This document shows positions 1 to 12,547 of a DNA stretch of 64,000 nucleotides, in pieces. Position 1 is the stretch's first letter. Each line of letters begins with the position of its first letter. The stretch comes from Eremomyces bilateralis CBS 781.70 (Eukaryota). Under the pieces are notes generated by a model. It saw nothing but the letters and a program-made list of their open reading frames with translations. It was not told the DNA's origin and searched no databases. The stretch is from the NCBI GenBank assembly GCA_010015585.1, contig ML975149.1. One strand, given 5' to 3'. Made by a program: the position numbers and the translations under genes.

Positions 1-2
1 AG

Positions 3-320
3 CCGGAGCTCTCCAAGTGCGATGTTCAGCTGGAGCGTCTTGTCTGGGATGACCGGGTCATGTGTTTTGTCGTTCGCCTTGCCCAGACCGAGGGAGCAAA
101 GGCAGGAAATGGAGAGCGGGTTGCATTTGAGACAGTTAACCCCGTGGCGCATGTTACGGTAGGGACTGCTGCGCCAAGCATCAAACCGAAGGAGAGCAAT
201 GATTTGCTGAAGAGGTGGCTGGAGGTCGGCAGTGGGAACGGCACAGGCATTCACGAGGTGGTCGTAAGTGGATTCCGGGTGCTTCCTGGCAGCGTGCGAG
301 GCGTTCTGCAGAAGCATTGA
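3..320 (+). CDS. TRL1: 3' end of fungal tRNA ligase Trl1 (cyclic phosphodiesterase domain), partial at window edge
   Basis: Frame open from base 3: ...LERLVWDDRVMCFVVRL...AHVTVGTAAPSIKPKESNDLLKRWLE...; HxT (2H) motif plus KPKESNDLL..W match my recollection of the Trl1 C-terminus. Confidence 0.85.
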   Translation, partial: PELSKCDVQLERLVWDDRVMCFVVRLAQTEGAKAGNGERVAFETVNPVAHVTVGTAAPSIKPKESNDLLKRWLEVGSGNGTGIHEVVVSGFRVLPGSVRGVLQKH

Positions 321-903
321 AACTATCCGGTATGAACCACCTATACGACGGACGGTTTGCAGATGCGATGGACGTGGATAGACTCACCTCTTGCTTGGTT
401 CTATATCGATCGGCGGACCTCACATTAAAGCAAACTACCGAGCCTCTACGGAACAAGGCATGGCGATTTTGGATCAATTCCGGTGCTTGTATACCCGAGT
501 AGCTAAAAGTTGTTGATTATCCATACAATGAAACATGTGAATATCCATCATTGCCGCCCGACTGTGTGTATCCTGAGTGTATGTGGTCCCCTCGCATACC
601 CCTATCAGATTTTGGCGACAATGCGACCGAAATCAGGCACTAAGGCCACAAGTATCTCATGAGGAATGATCCGAATAATTCACGACGGATTCCAGCTCGG
701 ATGGGAATTGTAGAAACATAATTTTTTAAACTTATCAAAGCTCCAACGGTCTTCCCTATCTCGCCTGAAGATAGACGCCTTCCTCGCCTCCCTATAATCC
801 CTTCGAAGCCGATACCTCCCTGGATTATCAATCGCATTGTGACGGTCCACCATCCATCAATCAGCCCCAGTCGAATCAAAGCGAATCCAACATTTCCACG
901 ACG

Positions 904-2214
904 ATGTCCGACCCGGAACCTATCCCACCGGGGCCTGTGGCCATTGTGGTTATCGGCATGGCTGGGTCTGGCAAGACCACCTTCATGCAAAGGATAATAT
1001 CTGATCTTCACGCTCAAACGCCCCCATCCCCGCCATATGTCATCAACCTCGACCCCGCCGTTACAAGAGTGCCATTCGAGAGCAACGTGGATATACGAGA
1101 CAGCGTGGACTACAAGGAAGTCATGCGGCAATACAATTTAGGCCCGAATGGAGGGATCCTAACAAGCCTAAACCTTTTCGCGACCAAGGTGGATCAAGTG
1201 ATAGGGCTGGTGGAGAAGCGGTTTGGACTACAATCACCAGCCCAAGGAGATCCATCGCAAACAGGGACGAAGGGACCGGACGCAAGTCAGGCCCCGTCGG
1301 GCAAGACAGCATCAGGAGACGAGCCCACGCCATCGCCGGATGCGCTGGAAACCCCTCGCTATCTTCTCTTCGACACCCCCGGCCAAATCGAGGTCTTTAC
1401 CTGGTCTGCTTCGTCCTCGATCCTCCTCTCCGCCCTCTCCACGACCATGCCCACAGTCATCGCCTACATCATCGACACCCCGCGCGCCGCTTCTTCCACC
1501 GCCACATTCATGGCCAACATGCTGCATGCGGTCAGCATTCTGTACCGCACCAGCCTTCCCATGGTCCTCGTATTTAACAAAGCCGATGTGCCGGAGGGTG
1601 ATGCGATGGACATGGACCCCGCCGATACTCTCGACCGGGGGAGTTTGGTGGATAAGTGCGTACGGTGGATGCGCGACTGGGAGGTCTTCCAGGAAGCCGT
1701 CCGGGATGAGAGCGGGCCGGACGATCTGGGTGAGGGATCGGGCTACATGTCTAGTCTTACCAACAGCATGTCACTGGTACTGGAGGAGTTCTACAATACC
1801 CTGAGCGTGGTCGGCGTTTCTTCGATGACTGGGCAAGGAGTCCCGGAGTTTTTCGACGGAGTAGAAGAAAAGCGGCAGGAGTTCATCCGGGATTATTGGC
1901 CTGAAGTGCTCAAGAGGCGGAAGGAGAAAGAACAGGCCAAGGAAAGTCGCCGCGAGAAGGAGCTGAGCAAGTTGATGAAAGACATGGAGGTTGGGGGAGG
2001 GGGGAGTCGGACGAAGAACGTGGAGCCGGAGACTGTGAGTGACGTTGAAGCCGAGAGTGAGGATAGCCAGGATGAGGATGATGACGACGAGGATGCCGGG
2101 CTCGATTCCGGGCTTCAGAAAAGATACAGAAGCGCGCTGGAAGATGCCAGTGAAGGCCAGGACGATGATATGAGCTTCGCCCGATACGTGAGGAATGCAG
2201 GCGCCATGGGTTGA
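904..2214 (+). CDS. GPN1: GPN-loop GTPase 1 (Npa3/XAB1), 436 aa, intronless
   Basis: GMAGSGKT P-loop, INLDPAV, LGPNGGILTSLNLF (GPN loop), DTPGQIEVFTWSAS, NKAD, acidic C-terminal tail. Confidence 0.97.
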   Translation: MSDPEPIPPGPVAIVVIGMAGSGKTTFMQRIISDLHAQTPPSPPYVINLDPAVTRVPFESNVDIRDSVDYKEVMRQYNLGPNGGILTSLNLFATKVDQVIGLVEKRFGLQSPAQGDPSQTGTKGPDASQAPSGKTASGDEPTPSPDALETPRYLLFDTPGQIEVFTWSASSSILLSALSTTMPTVIAYIIDTPRAASSTATFMANMLHAVSILYRTSLPMVLVFNKADVPEGDAMDMDPADTLDRGSLVDKCVRWMRDWEVFQEAVRDESGPDDLGEGSGYMSSLTNSMSLVLEEFYNTLSVVGVSSMTGQGVPEFFDGVEEKRQEFIRDYWPEVLKRRKEKEQAKESRREKELSKLMKDMEVGGGGSRTKNVEPETVSDVEAESEDSQDEDDDDEDAGLDSGLQKRYRSALEDASEGQDDDMSFARYVRNAGAMG

Positions 2215-2618
2215 AGTATCCGTGGTGGCTGTCGCATGGTTCAATGTAGCAACACTATAACAAAAGGAGCATCCGCCTCCGCAGCAGATGAGAATTCAGC
2301 CCGATGCGATATATCTACCCGGGACTGAAAGGGGATTGTGGGGAGGAAGTGATTTGGTTGAAAACTGGTAAAACAGTAGAGTTCGAGATCACATCTAGTC
2401 CATGAGCTCAGGGTTGTATTGCCTTATGGATTTGTGCTAAAATTTGTCCAAAGGCTAGATTGAATTGAGGCGTGGAAGACCTCCGATTCCTTATGCCTGC
2501 TCCTGTCTAAGCAGTGGCCGAATCAAATCAAATATTCCACATGATGTAGTCCCGCTCATACCCGTCATATCGTAACCGTCCGATCTAGCTTCTGCCGCGC
2601 TCAATGGATAGTATCCAC

Positions 2619-3518
2619 TCATTCGTCATCTCCGAAGAACACGCGAACCGGCAACCATGCATCTCCGCAGACCTTGAATCGTTCCGGCATAGAGCTGATC
2701 TTCTCAATCTCCTCAGCAGTGAGTTCCCAGCCATCCAGCTGGAAGTTTGCCTCGATGCGCTTAGGAGTAACGGACTTGGGGATGACCGAAGTACCGCGCT
2801 GAAGACCCCACTTCAACAAGACCACCTGCACGGATTTGCCCTTGTCTGCGGCAAGTTTGAGGAGGGTCTCGTTTTGGTAGAGAGGCGAACCGGTGGACCC
2901 CATGCAGGAGTACGCGGTGCAGTGGATGCCCTTCTGCTTGCAGTAGTCGATCAGCTTCGGCGAGGGGCAGTTAGGATGCAGCTCGATCTGGTTGACGGCC
3001 GGGACAATCTTGCAGGACGGGTCGTTCAAGAGGGTTTCGAGGTTCTTGATCGCGAAATTGGAGACTCCGATGTTCTTGACGCGGCCCGATGCTGGCAGCT
3101 TCTGCATCTCTTGCCAGGTCTTGAGGAAATCCCAATCCGGAAGATGCTTCTTAAGGTCCTTCGGGTCCGTTGAGCTCGGCCAGTGCATGAGGTACAGATC
3201 AACGTAGTCCAACCCCAAGCTCTTCAGGCTGCTTGTGATTCCCTCCTCAACGATGTGGTGCCAGGTGTTGTCCAGCTTGGTGGTCACCCAGATCTCCTCC
3301 CGTGGCACACCGCTGTCGCGGATACCATCACCAACTTCTTTCTCATTCCCATAGGCCAAAGCGGTATCAATGTGGCGGTAGCCTTGTTGAAGGGCAGCCT
3401 TGACGGCCTCCCGAACCTGGCCAGGTGAAGATTGCCATGTCCCCAGTCCAACGGCGGGGATTTTGGCGCCCGTGTTGAGGGTGAAGGTCTTCTTCGTCCA
3501 GTTGAGATCTGATGCCAT
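2619..3518 (-). CDS. NADPH-dependent aldo-keto reductase (Gcy1/Ypr1/GldB glycerol dehydrogenase-like); alternative in-frame start at 3650
   Basis: IPAVGLGTWQS; catalytic tetrad in HIDTA, AYGNE, VTTKL, LMHWP; IGVSNF, NQIELHP, VIPKS; ATG at 3518 in AAAAATGG context. Confidence 0.95.
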   Translation of the reverse strand: MASDLNWTKKTFTLNTGAKIPAVGLGTWQSSPGQVREAVKAALQQGYRHIDTALAYGNEKEVGDGIRDSGVPREEIWVTTKLDNTWHHIVEEGITSSLKSLGLDYVDLYLMHWPSSTDPKDLKKHLPDWDFLKTWQEMQKLPASGRVKNIGVSNFAIKNLETLLNDPSCKIVPAVNQIELHPNCPSPKLIDYCKQKGIHCTAYSCMGSTGSPLYQNETLLKLAADKGKSVQVVLLKWGLQRGTSVIPKSVTPKRIEANFQLDGWELTAEEIEKISSMPERFKVCGDAWLPVRVFFGDDE

Positions 3519-4020
3519 TTTTGCGGTAGTCGTTGAGCTGAAGGGTTGTGGTTTGAAGTGCAGGAATTGGGATTGGAAATGGGATAGGGCTGTATTCGGC
3601 GAAGCACGACGTATCAAAGATGTCAATGGAGTTGGAGAAAGTCCAAGCATACCGATCGAGGGGCACTCTTCATATAAATACTAATTGGACCGATGACGCG
3701 ACAGACCGTGGCTAAAATACATACTCGTGGGGTTGAGGACCCGAACAATATTACGGAATACTCTCGGGAGCAACAGGAATTGGCAGTTTGCCACGCGAAT
3801 TTGCCAGGTAGTTTTCTACTTTCCTAGCTTAAGCGGGACGGCGGGAGATTCCAATATTCGATGGATGGGGATCGCTGCACAATGTTAATGCCCCGCCGGT
3901 AAAATTCCTCACCATCAAGGGACTCACGGCGCTCAAAGCCTCCAATCTCAAACTACAGCACTCACTCAAGTGACATGTTACCGTAGGCAACGGCGGGGGA
4001 TCACGTGCACTGATGACTTC

Positions 4021-4060
4021 ACGATCCACTCCAGTCCACTACAGTCCACCACAGTCCACC
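4021..4060. repeat. 10-bp imperfect tandem repeat (ACAGTCCACC-like x3-4) in the divergent AKR/NIP30 promoter
   Basis: acgatccact ccagtccact acagtccacc acagtccacc. Confidence 0.7.
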
Positions 4061-4600
4061 AAACCATTGAGGATTTTGTAGGCATTTAGCCGGAATACGT
4101 GGTATAGGCAGGAAGGATGTCACTTGGCGACAAGTACATAGTTGCTGAGTGCTAAGTGTTCTCCGTAATTCGAAGAATATGTGGCGCTAAACCAATCCAT
4201 CCCACATTCCCACTGCTTGAGCGACTGCCCAGTGGCCACCCCACACCGTCAACGTCACATCGGACCCTTTTCATCCGTCCAATCATCGCGTGCATTTTTC
4301 AACTGCCGTCCAGCTCCCATTCTCCATTTCTCATTTCTCCCTTCATCGTTGCATGCCCATCTGCACATCTGCACCTCTACAATCTGCAGAGCGGTTTTAA
4401 TGCCAAGTTCGCTTGACATGTACCCATGATCTTGACAAGCACCTGTCATTTAGGCCGTTGCTTGGATCATTAGGTGCTGATAACCCGGGGGACCTTGGGC
4501 ACCACCAGTTGGATTGGATGCAATCCGATTGCCCCGTTCCGTTGGATTCAATCAACCAAACTTCCGTAACACCTACCCCTGTTGATCGGCTTGAAAAACC

Positions 4601-5620
4601 ATGGCCGATGGCAACGCCTCCCGATTCGTGTCGGGCGGGACGATCGATGCGCCTATAGACAGAGACGATGAGTGGAAGCAGGCGCAACAGGAGCTCGAAG
4701 AAGCAAGACGAAAGAAATTTGAGCAAGAACAGCAGCAGGACGGGAGGAGCCTGTACGAAGTGCTAGAGGCAAACAAAGGTACGATACGAGTATATGCCGT
4801 AGCAATTCCGACTTTCTGGTTTGACTACAAACGTATTCTACTTCGACGTTGAATTTCAGCTGCCACAACTACCATTTACATGAGCATACGCAGCCCCATT
4901 ATTATGTCCGCCTAGACTAACGTGATAGTTCTCTTTCCTTGACTACAGCTGCAAAGCAAGAGGCATTTGAAGAGGTATTGGCTCCCCCAGTACCATATTT
5001 TACTATGTGCCACCTGCCAAAGGATGTCCCGTCTACCGATATACCCTCCGTTTCTCGAGATGTTAGTCTCCTTATTGACACTTTCATTCCAACACCAGGC
5101 AGCCCGACTGAAGAACCAATTCCGTTCTCTTGACGATGACGAAGTCGACTTCTTGGACTCGGTACTCGAGTCCACCCGCGCAAAAGAGGCGGAGGTCAAA
5201 AAGGAAACGGTTAAACAATTGGAGGCCTTTCGGCGGCAGCGAGAGGAGGCAGAAAGAAGTGTCGTGGTGAGCCACTCGCCGGAAAACGCTGGTCTGGAAG
5301 AAGAACATTGGAGCGGTGCAAGAAAGCGGAAGAAAACGAAGGACAAGGAGGGTTTCAGAGGCCTCAAGTTACGCAAAACCTCCTCCGATACGTCGTCTGT
5401 ACTAGTGGAACCCAAGGCCAACGAAGCTGCCACCAGAGAAACAGTCCCATCGGAAAAAACGCTGAAGAATCCCGTGGTCGTGGATACCACGAGACCAGCC
5501 GAGCATGAACATAGAACCAGCCAAATTTCTACCGCTCAGGGGCAGCCTAAGTCGCAATCGCCGAGTACGGTCCAATCCAAGGGACTTGGCCTTGCTGAGT
5601 ATTCCTCGGACGATGATTAA
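4601..5620 (+). CDS. FAM192A/NIP30 (PSME3IP1, Fyv6-like) nuclear protein; join(4601..4778,4949..4974,5099..5620)
   Basis: Spliced product SRFVSGG...RSLYEVLEANKAAKQEAFEEAARLKNQFRSLDDDEVDFLD...GLAEYSSDDD; two GT-AG introns restore frame. Confidence 0.9.
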
Positions 5621-6783
5621 GGCTACTTTCCCAGACATGGATTGGAATTCCACATTCCCAAAAACCAGATTCATAAACTGGTATTGAATTCTCAAGAAGT
5701 GCTTATTCTGTGCCTTGCTGAAGCCGTGTCTGTGTCGCCTGATCTGGGACTATTGAAAACTCCATGAAGCGATCGTACCAGTCGGCCTAGAAGGTATTTT
5801 TCTTCATTGCTTACCTGCATTTGGCAATGGATCTATTTATTCCGAAGAATCCGGTTACCATGACCGTTTTAATTGAAGATGATCGAGCCCAAAGTTTGTT
5901 CACAGCTTCTTTATATTTCGTTCAAATATTCTATCCCCTTCTCGTCGTCTAGAGTTCTTGCTTTTGTGTACTACTACATCTAAAGAGAGCACTGGCTTCT
6001 CCTGCATCTGATCCAAGATTTTGCATTATTCATGTCCATGGGGTTCGCTGAAACCAAAGACTTTTTACTGGAATAGTCGATTTACAATCCTTGGTGACTC
6101 ATTGAGGACCATTGGATCGCACGGTTCCCGTTCCCGAATCTAGTCTTGCACGCGGCTACCATAAGGCTGATTTCTATTGTGCTTTTATGGTCAGTTCCTG
6201 CTCCGTACCAATATGGAGTGCAAATGCTGTTGGCTTGAACGTGAATTTATCAGGATGGTGCCGCGTATATCCTCATTTTGCGCGTCTCGCCACCAAGTTA
6301 CAATGAAGCTATCGCTTAGGCACCCTAGAGGCCGTCTGGCGCTTCCGTTTGAGGGTTTTTTGATTTCAGATCTACTTCTTAATTTTGTTCATCTGTTGTT
6401 ACTATTGTATAATTCCTGCGCGTATCCCCATCGAAGGAATCGGTTGCCTTTCCATCCACGGTACTCTCTGAGCTGGGACAGGGACTTCAATATCCCAACC
6501 GCCGACATCCTCCAGTTGAAATGCTGGAATTTCCGGTTCCTGGCCCCTAACTACTTTCTCTGCGGTACGGTACTATAGGCTGGAGGCTGGAGGCGTAGTA
6601 TATCAATACCGACAGAAGTCGCGATTCTTCTTTCATTTCTCTTTTTCCTTCATCACCAAATTATACTATTTAAAGAAGTACTGTTGCTCAACAACATTTC
6701 AGTTCTACCGTTATTTGGAAGCATCTCAGGAGGATCGTTCCAATAAATTATAATATCGCCCACGTCTCCATGCACATTCATAG

Positions 6784-7731
6784 GGCTCCAGCGAAAAGGA
6801 TACAAGCTCAACTGCGCTCCGGCGCTCGACACCAACCTTCTCATATTCCTCCTGCTCCTCCAGTTCCTCGTACTCCCAATTTACTTCTTCATCAACGTCT
6901 TGCTCGGCTTCTTCCTCCATACTTCTATCCTGGAAGGTTTCACCGCCGACAGATTCTCGCGCTAGGGAGATGATTGATGCCGCAGCAATACAGGCTGTAA
7001 ACATGGTCCAAGGAGCCCCTTGGAAAGCCATCTTTATCCGTGGGAAAATCCATGACACCACAGGATACGGTCCCAGTCTCCGAGAGGATGAGCCCCATTT
7101 CACACTATGTCTTAAGGACGAGCGTGATCAGCTGTCTGGCACCCATCGCACATCACACTTTTATACCGAAAACATCCATAACTGGCGGTGCTGTCGGTAT
7201 CAGGCCAAAGGCTCCGAAGATTTGGACTCATTTTTACAGATCGGAAAATTCGACCCAATCTAGCCCACTGACCTACAGGTCAGCTCAGTCGTTGCGCCCA
7301 TAGACAAAAAGTTCGATTCCTGGATCGACCAACGATTCAGAGCTGGGAGTAAAGACTCTCATCCAACACCTGGCGAAATCATTCACACCCCTTGCCCCAA
7401 GAGCGACAGGATTTTGGCTGCGATCAGGGGGGCAACTTATACTGGACACCATTATTGCAGTCCTTGCCGAAACCCCCGATTTCCTCCAAACACGACGAGA
7501 GAGAGATGGGGAAACCCTAACTTGGCTGGAAAAGAAGAGCTTGTGTTCGTGGGCAACCAGCTCGAATTGGCGACAACGGGATCCAGTCACCAAACCAAAT
7601 CCAGAGCAGCACTCTTCATAGAGGCATTAACTGACCAAATTCCGGATGATGGGTTTGGAAGGAAATTTCGTTGGGTTAATATTTTGTTGGAATCTCTAGT
7701 TACTAGACTTGGCTTTTACTCCGATATCTAG
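6784..7731 (+). CDS. Putative orphan gene, exon structure unresolved (core ORF 6970..7263)
   Basis: Frame open 6784-7263 after a possible acceptor (cattcatag); Ser-rich stretch then IRGKIHDTT...DEPHFTL...HRTSHFY; further open frames and acceptor-like sites at 7278 and 7303. Confidence 0.35.
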
Positions 7732-10386
7732 CCCACTCACCCTGGATTGCTATTTACATGTATATAGGGATCGTATGGTCTAGCTAACGTGGCCTTTCTG
7801 GTTTACTATTCGTCACGTTAGCGTGCTCCGTCGTAATGACCATAACTATTACTTCTACTAGTTACATCAATGAAGCTTTAGGCTACTGTCTCATAGAATC
7901 ATCTGTCATATTGTGGTGCTGCTGCTCCATCCCGAACACAATAAGACCCACCCATGATACGTGTATTGTGTCCAACATCTTCACTCAACTAAGGTTTCCT
8001 TCGACTATCGACATTTAACCATGGTATATAGACAAAATACCACATATAATTTCGGTTCACATAGGAAACGACGAGCGACTCCTCGCATATTTCAGGAGAG
8101 CATCTTCCCCCTTTTCTTGACCAACTATGGTACATGAAAGTACCTACTCCGAATATCCTAATGAGTACCCAGTACCTTATTAATATTGGTCTCATTGGTA
8201 GCCAGTCGCTGTGGCCGCATGATCATGATCGGTACTAAAATCAACCGAATTCAAAATCAAGTTCGCGTCTTTCGACGACTACTCTATATTTCGCGCTTGC
8301 CATAGGAGCCACTGGTTGCCTAGTCAGCTTTACATCAAGCCACATACCAAACGCAACCATTGAAGAGCGCGCATAAGTCTCGGATGAATGAGGAGGATCC
8401 TATCCTAGACATAAGGGTTCGAGATGCGGATGAACGCGTCGCTTCCCATTCATTTGATGTGCTCGCAAATCAGCTGCAGGCTTAGCTCATTTTCAATGGC
8501 CGCAGGAGACCTTTTTCGGGTGATCAAGACCTAAAGTGCCATTCCGATAGGCTACTGAAACCACGCCATGAGCTAACCCATCCATTGCGGAGTTCACCGG
8601 ACAGTTTGATGTCTAGGTTGTGGCGCTGCACATGACTGGATAGACTAGAATGTGTGGGGGGCGGAGATGGGACATGTCCATGGTGTGAACTACTAGTGGT
8701 GTAAGTCCTTCCAACGAACAGGTGGACGGGTTATTGCCATTGGATGTATTGGATTGATATCGTTTTAGCCCAAGAGGGACGAATAGGAAGAGTATTGATC
8801 AGGTTGCAGTCCACGATGACTGTTTGGACTGATTATCTTGCATCCTCCCCCGCCGACCATCTTAACATTTCGTATTGCATCAGACTTCTCCTGCGCCTGA
8901 AACAATTTTGCAAAAAGCATGCTATCATTATAGGTCAATGGTGGTGTAGTCATGGGCTGACTGCATGTGTTTCAGGCTCCCCAGGCTGCTAGCCAACTGT
9001 TGATATGGCAATCTATAGGCCGATTTGAGCCTCTGGGGGTCTATCACAGGCGCATCATGCTGTCCTGCATTTCAAAGAATACCATGGCGTTATTTCTAAT
9101 TTTCCGATATCAAGGGGTGACGCAAACCAGGGTTCGGTGACCTTCTCAAGAGTAGACTCCCTGCAGTGCCGTCACCCGGAAGCTATTAGTGCATCCGGTG
9201 GCGGCATTAGACGGGTATGCACTCAAGTGTAGATCGTCAAACTAGATCGTGTCGAGTCAGTGTCAATGGGGAGGTTTGATATTTGGTGTGGATGGTATGA
9301 AGTGGAGGTAACATAGCCACCGCCCTACCTGATGATTGACTCTATGCACCGGGCTCAGAGTCTCAGACGTACATATGGCCCTGATTTCAGTCTACCTCTA
9401 TGCTTTAAAGCCCATGTCAGCGCGTGGGCGCCACAGTTTTCACCTGTCCTGGTATCTTACCACCCGTTAAGAGTTAACGGGAGAGAATGCTGCACTAAGA
9501 AGTCATCGGGCCTATAGGAGACCAAGGCAGCCCATAGGTCTTATAATGTCTTCGACAACCATAACGAAACGTCATTTCGCATGCATTATGATCTCATCCA
9601 GTGCACTTTCAATGGGAAGCCAAGAAAATCACATCTAGGAATATTTGATTCGGTCTATCAGTAATGCGGAGAGGCAAGCAGAGCTCGTATATCTCAGCTG
9701 CAGGCGCATGCGGCATGTCTCAGTCAGGCGAAACTGGGGATGGATTCCTACGGGTTGACCAGAGCCATGCATCCGGACGTTAATGAACGGCATATTTCAA
9801 TGTCAGAACAAATGTACTGGTAAGGTACTACGCAGAGTGTCCTGACCCTTGGGATTTTCGATTCAACGACGCTTGTATAGAGCATGAGGAACTTGACCTT
9901 CTAGTGTTGATATAATGTGTCAGGGGTCTCTGCGGATCGATGGCACGACGGACCTAAGACCAGAGGAGACCAGCAGCTCGATTATCTCCTGCCACGTAGG
10001 GAATAGAGGAGGATCAAAAAAGATATGTAATGATCATGCTGAACCGGATATGGTATCGTATCTGTCAGTTGGGGAATTGGAAGAAGGTTGAGACTGCCGT
10101 TTGTTCCAGGGGTGCTTCATGGGGCATCCAAAAGGGGTTGTCCTCTAATATCTATAGTGAATCTAGTAGTATGATATGATACCTTTTCAGGTGCCCTGGA
10201 CATTTTGACTACAAATTAAAATCGGATGCCGAACCTACTTATGTTGGATGTTACCTAATGCTGATATATTGAGACCGATGAAACTAGTGTATACAGATAC
10301 GATGTCATTTGTGATTACTCAACCGAATATAGGGACGACTGTGGTTTGGAGAAGGGAGAGGGAGAGAAGCCCGATTTCCCTCAGCA

Positions 10387-11620
10387 TCAATATCCGGAAC
10401 TCTGTTCACACCACCATATCGCTAAATCAGTGAAATATCGGGATATCGATATACCACCAACCTTCCCGAACCCCGCTGCATGCCTGCAAGCGATATGCAC
10501 ACTGCAGCGCGGGCATGATGCATACACTCCCGCACAATGCTTCAGGCATTTCCAATTCGCTCCATGCCAATCGACCGACAGGCCCCCCGGTTCATGCAGA
10601 TAGAAATTGCAAGCATGCCGCACACCATTACTCCAGAAAGCGTTTTTACCAACCACATCACCTGCCACTCAACGTCGGTTCTATCTCTCGTCGACCGGAG
10701 TTCTACCACTCGGGAAACTTGGGGAGAATACCACCGCGCATCGCGGTAGGTCGAGATCCTCAAGGAAGGTTTCCGAATCCAGCCATGTTGCTGCGAAGCT
10801 TTGGTAGATTTGGTCCAGTCGAGTTACGATATGCATGGAGGAAGTCGGGTCAAGCCATCAAGCAAGACACATATGTTCCCCAGTTCTCCACACAACCCGC
10901 ACCCCGCACTTAGACTTTTATGACACTGAGAGACTGAGACATAAGAAGGCCGCCACAATGGATTGCGTAAGGTTCGGGCACGTAGTACACACAAGTATTA
11001 GGTTCGGCCCGAATCTGGCCAATGTGGTGCAACATCGCGTCCTCTGTTCGGAGGCGAAGTAGCAGTAATCCGCAGGTTCCAGGCGCATCAACGATGCGCA
11101 CACGGGTGGAGGATGGACTGCAAAACTCGCGGGATGTCCGGATTCTTTTCGATCCAATAACTATAGGAATTGACCGCCACGATGCAGGAATTGAGGTAAG
11201 GTCCCGACGCGTTCCAGGATCGGGCTACATGCTTCCGTACAACCCATCCTTTGTCATATCGACCCCGGTTTCCATGCTGCCTAGACGCGAATCGCAATTC
11301 GCAACGGACACTGTTTCCAGTAATCTCGTCGAGCATGCCCAGAAACGCATCTCCGGAGTTCCCACCCATCTCCTTCGCAAGAAACTACGAAGAAGGCTAA
11401 ACCAGGTTTCGTCATGGGTACGAGCGCAACCGTATGGACAAAGTCGAGAGGGCCACCCACCCCCAATCAGCGTCGATGGCCATCTCCCCGACAATCCTGT
11501 ATTCACGGATACGACTCCGAGAATACCATGTATTGGCTGCGGGTCTGATCGAATGGTCGATTCGGATGCCGATGTCCTTGACGGAGGGGTCCGTGTGACG
11601 AGCTGAAATAAAGTTCAGGA
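10387..11620 (-). pseudogene. Possible degenerate coding relic of unknown family
   Basis: Protein-like segments on the minus strand (FLAKEMGGNSGDAFLGMLDEITG; RLDQIYQSFAATWLDSETFLEDL; WKCLKHC...CPRCSVH) interrupted by stops and frame changes; no family recognised. Confidence 0.2.
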
Positions 11621-12547
11621 ATGAGGGTGGTCTGTTAGTTGATAATTTAGACTATGCGACCGAGAAACGATGACGTCGACGTCCGATTGTTGGCCCATCC
11701 AGTTCTTTCGCAACACTAGTTCAAGGTAATGGTTGTGTGAACATGGGAAGGAAACCCCCTATCGGTCCGGGGACGCTAGGCAGTCGATAACGGTGGCGAT
11801 GTGCAAACAACGGAAGTTGGAGTGAATGTAATGGATCGGTTGTCATCGGCATTTTTCAGTATGCCGAAGTCGGTGGTAGACATGGTAATATTTTGCCAGT
11901 CTGGACTGGAGCGTCTGCAAGCATTCGGAATTCGATAAACGCAGCATAAAAGCACATACACACGAAGCCAACTTGGGATGTATAGATTAAATGTATTGCA
12001 ACATATGCCAAGTATCAGCTACTTGAACGCTTCAGTGCAAAATGGCTGTTCCAGGGGCCTTCCTCGATTGTCCAAGTGACGTATACAAGTTTTAAAATAG
12101 GATATGCCCATACGCCATGGGATATTACTCGTTTTGGTACACAAAATGCAAATCTTGCTGAAACCATACGATTGATCTTTGCCCGGTCGATCAGCGGATG
12201 CAGCCGGAAGGGCGCCCAGGCTCGACAGCAGGCATCTCGGACTCCTGCCACTGTCCGGTGGATGCTCTGACGTAGTGACGATCAGAACAGGCACAGTTGA
12301 ACATGCCTGACCCTCCTATCTATAGGGAGTGACTTTCCAACGGAGGGGAGATTCGGCTGCAAGCGAAACAGGAAGCAGTCAAGAACGAAGACTCCACCCG
12401 GCATGAGAAATATTCGAGGAAGCTCTTGCGCTGAGCTCCTCTCAATGTCACCTAGATCGACAATGCTAAGCAGGAAGCCGAGCTAGCAAGTCATGATGGG
12501 TTGCCTTGGGGGGTCATAGGGCAAACGGCGAGAATGCGCGACGGATC

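Noticed and set aside
2604..3428. Long plus-strand ORFs (189 aa, 81 aa) antisense to the AKR
   Set aside because: Shadow frames produced by codon bias of the real gene; no independent motifs
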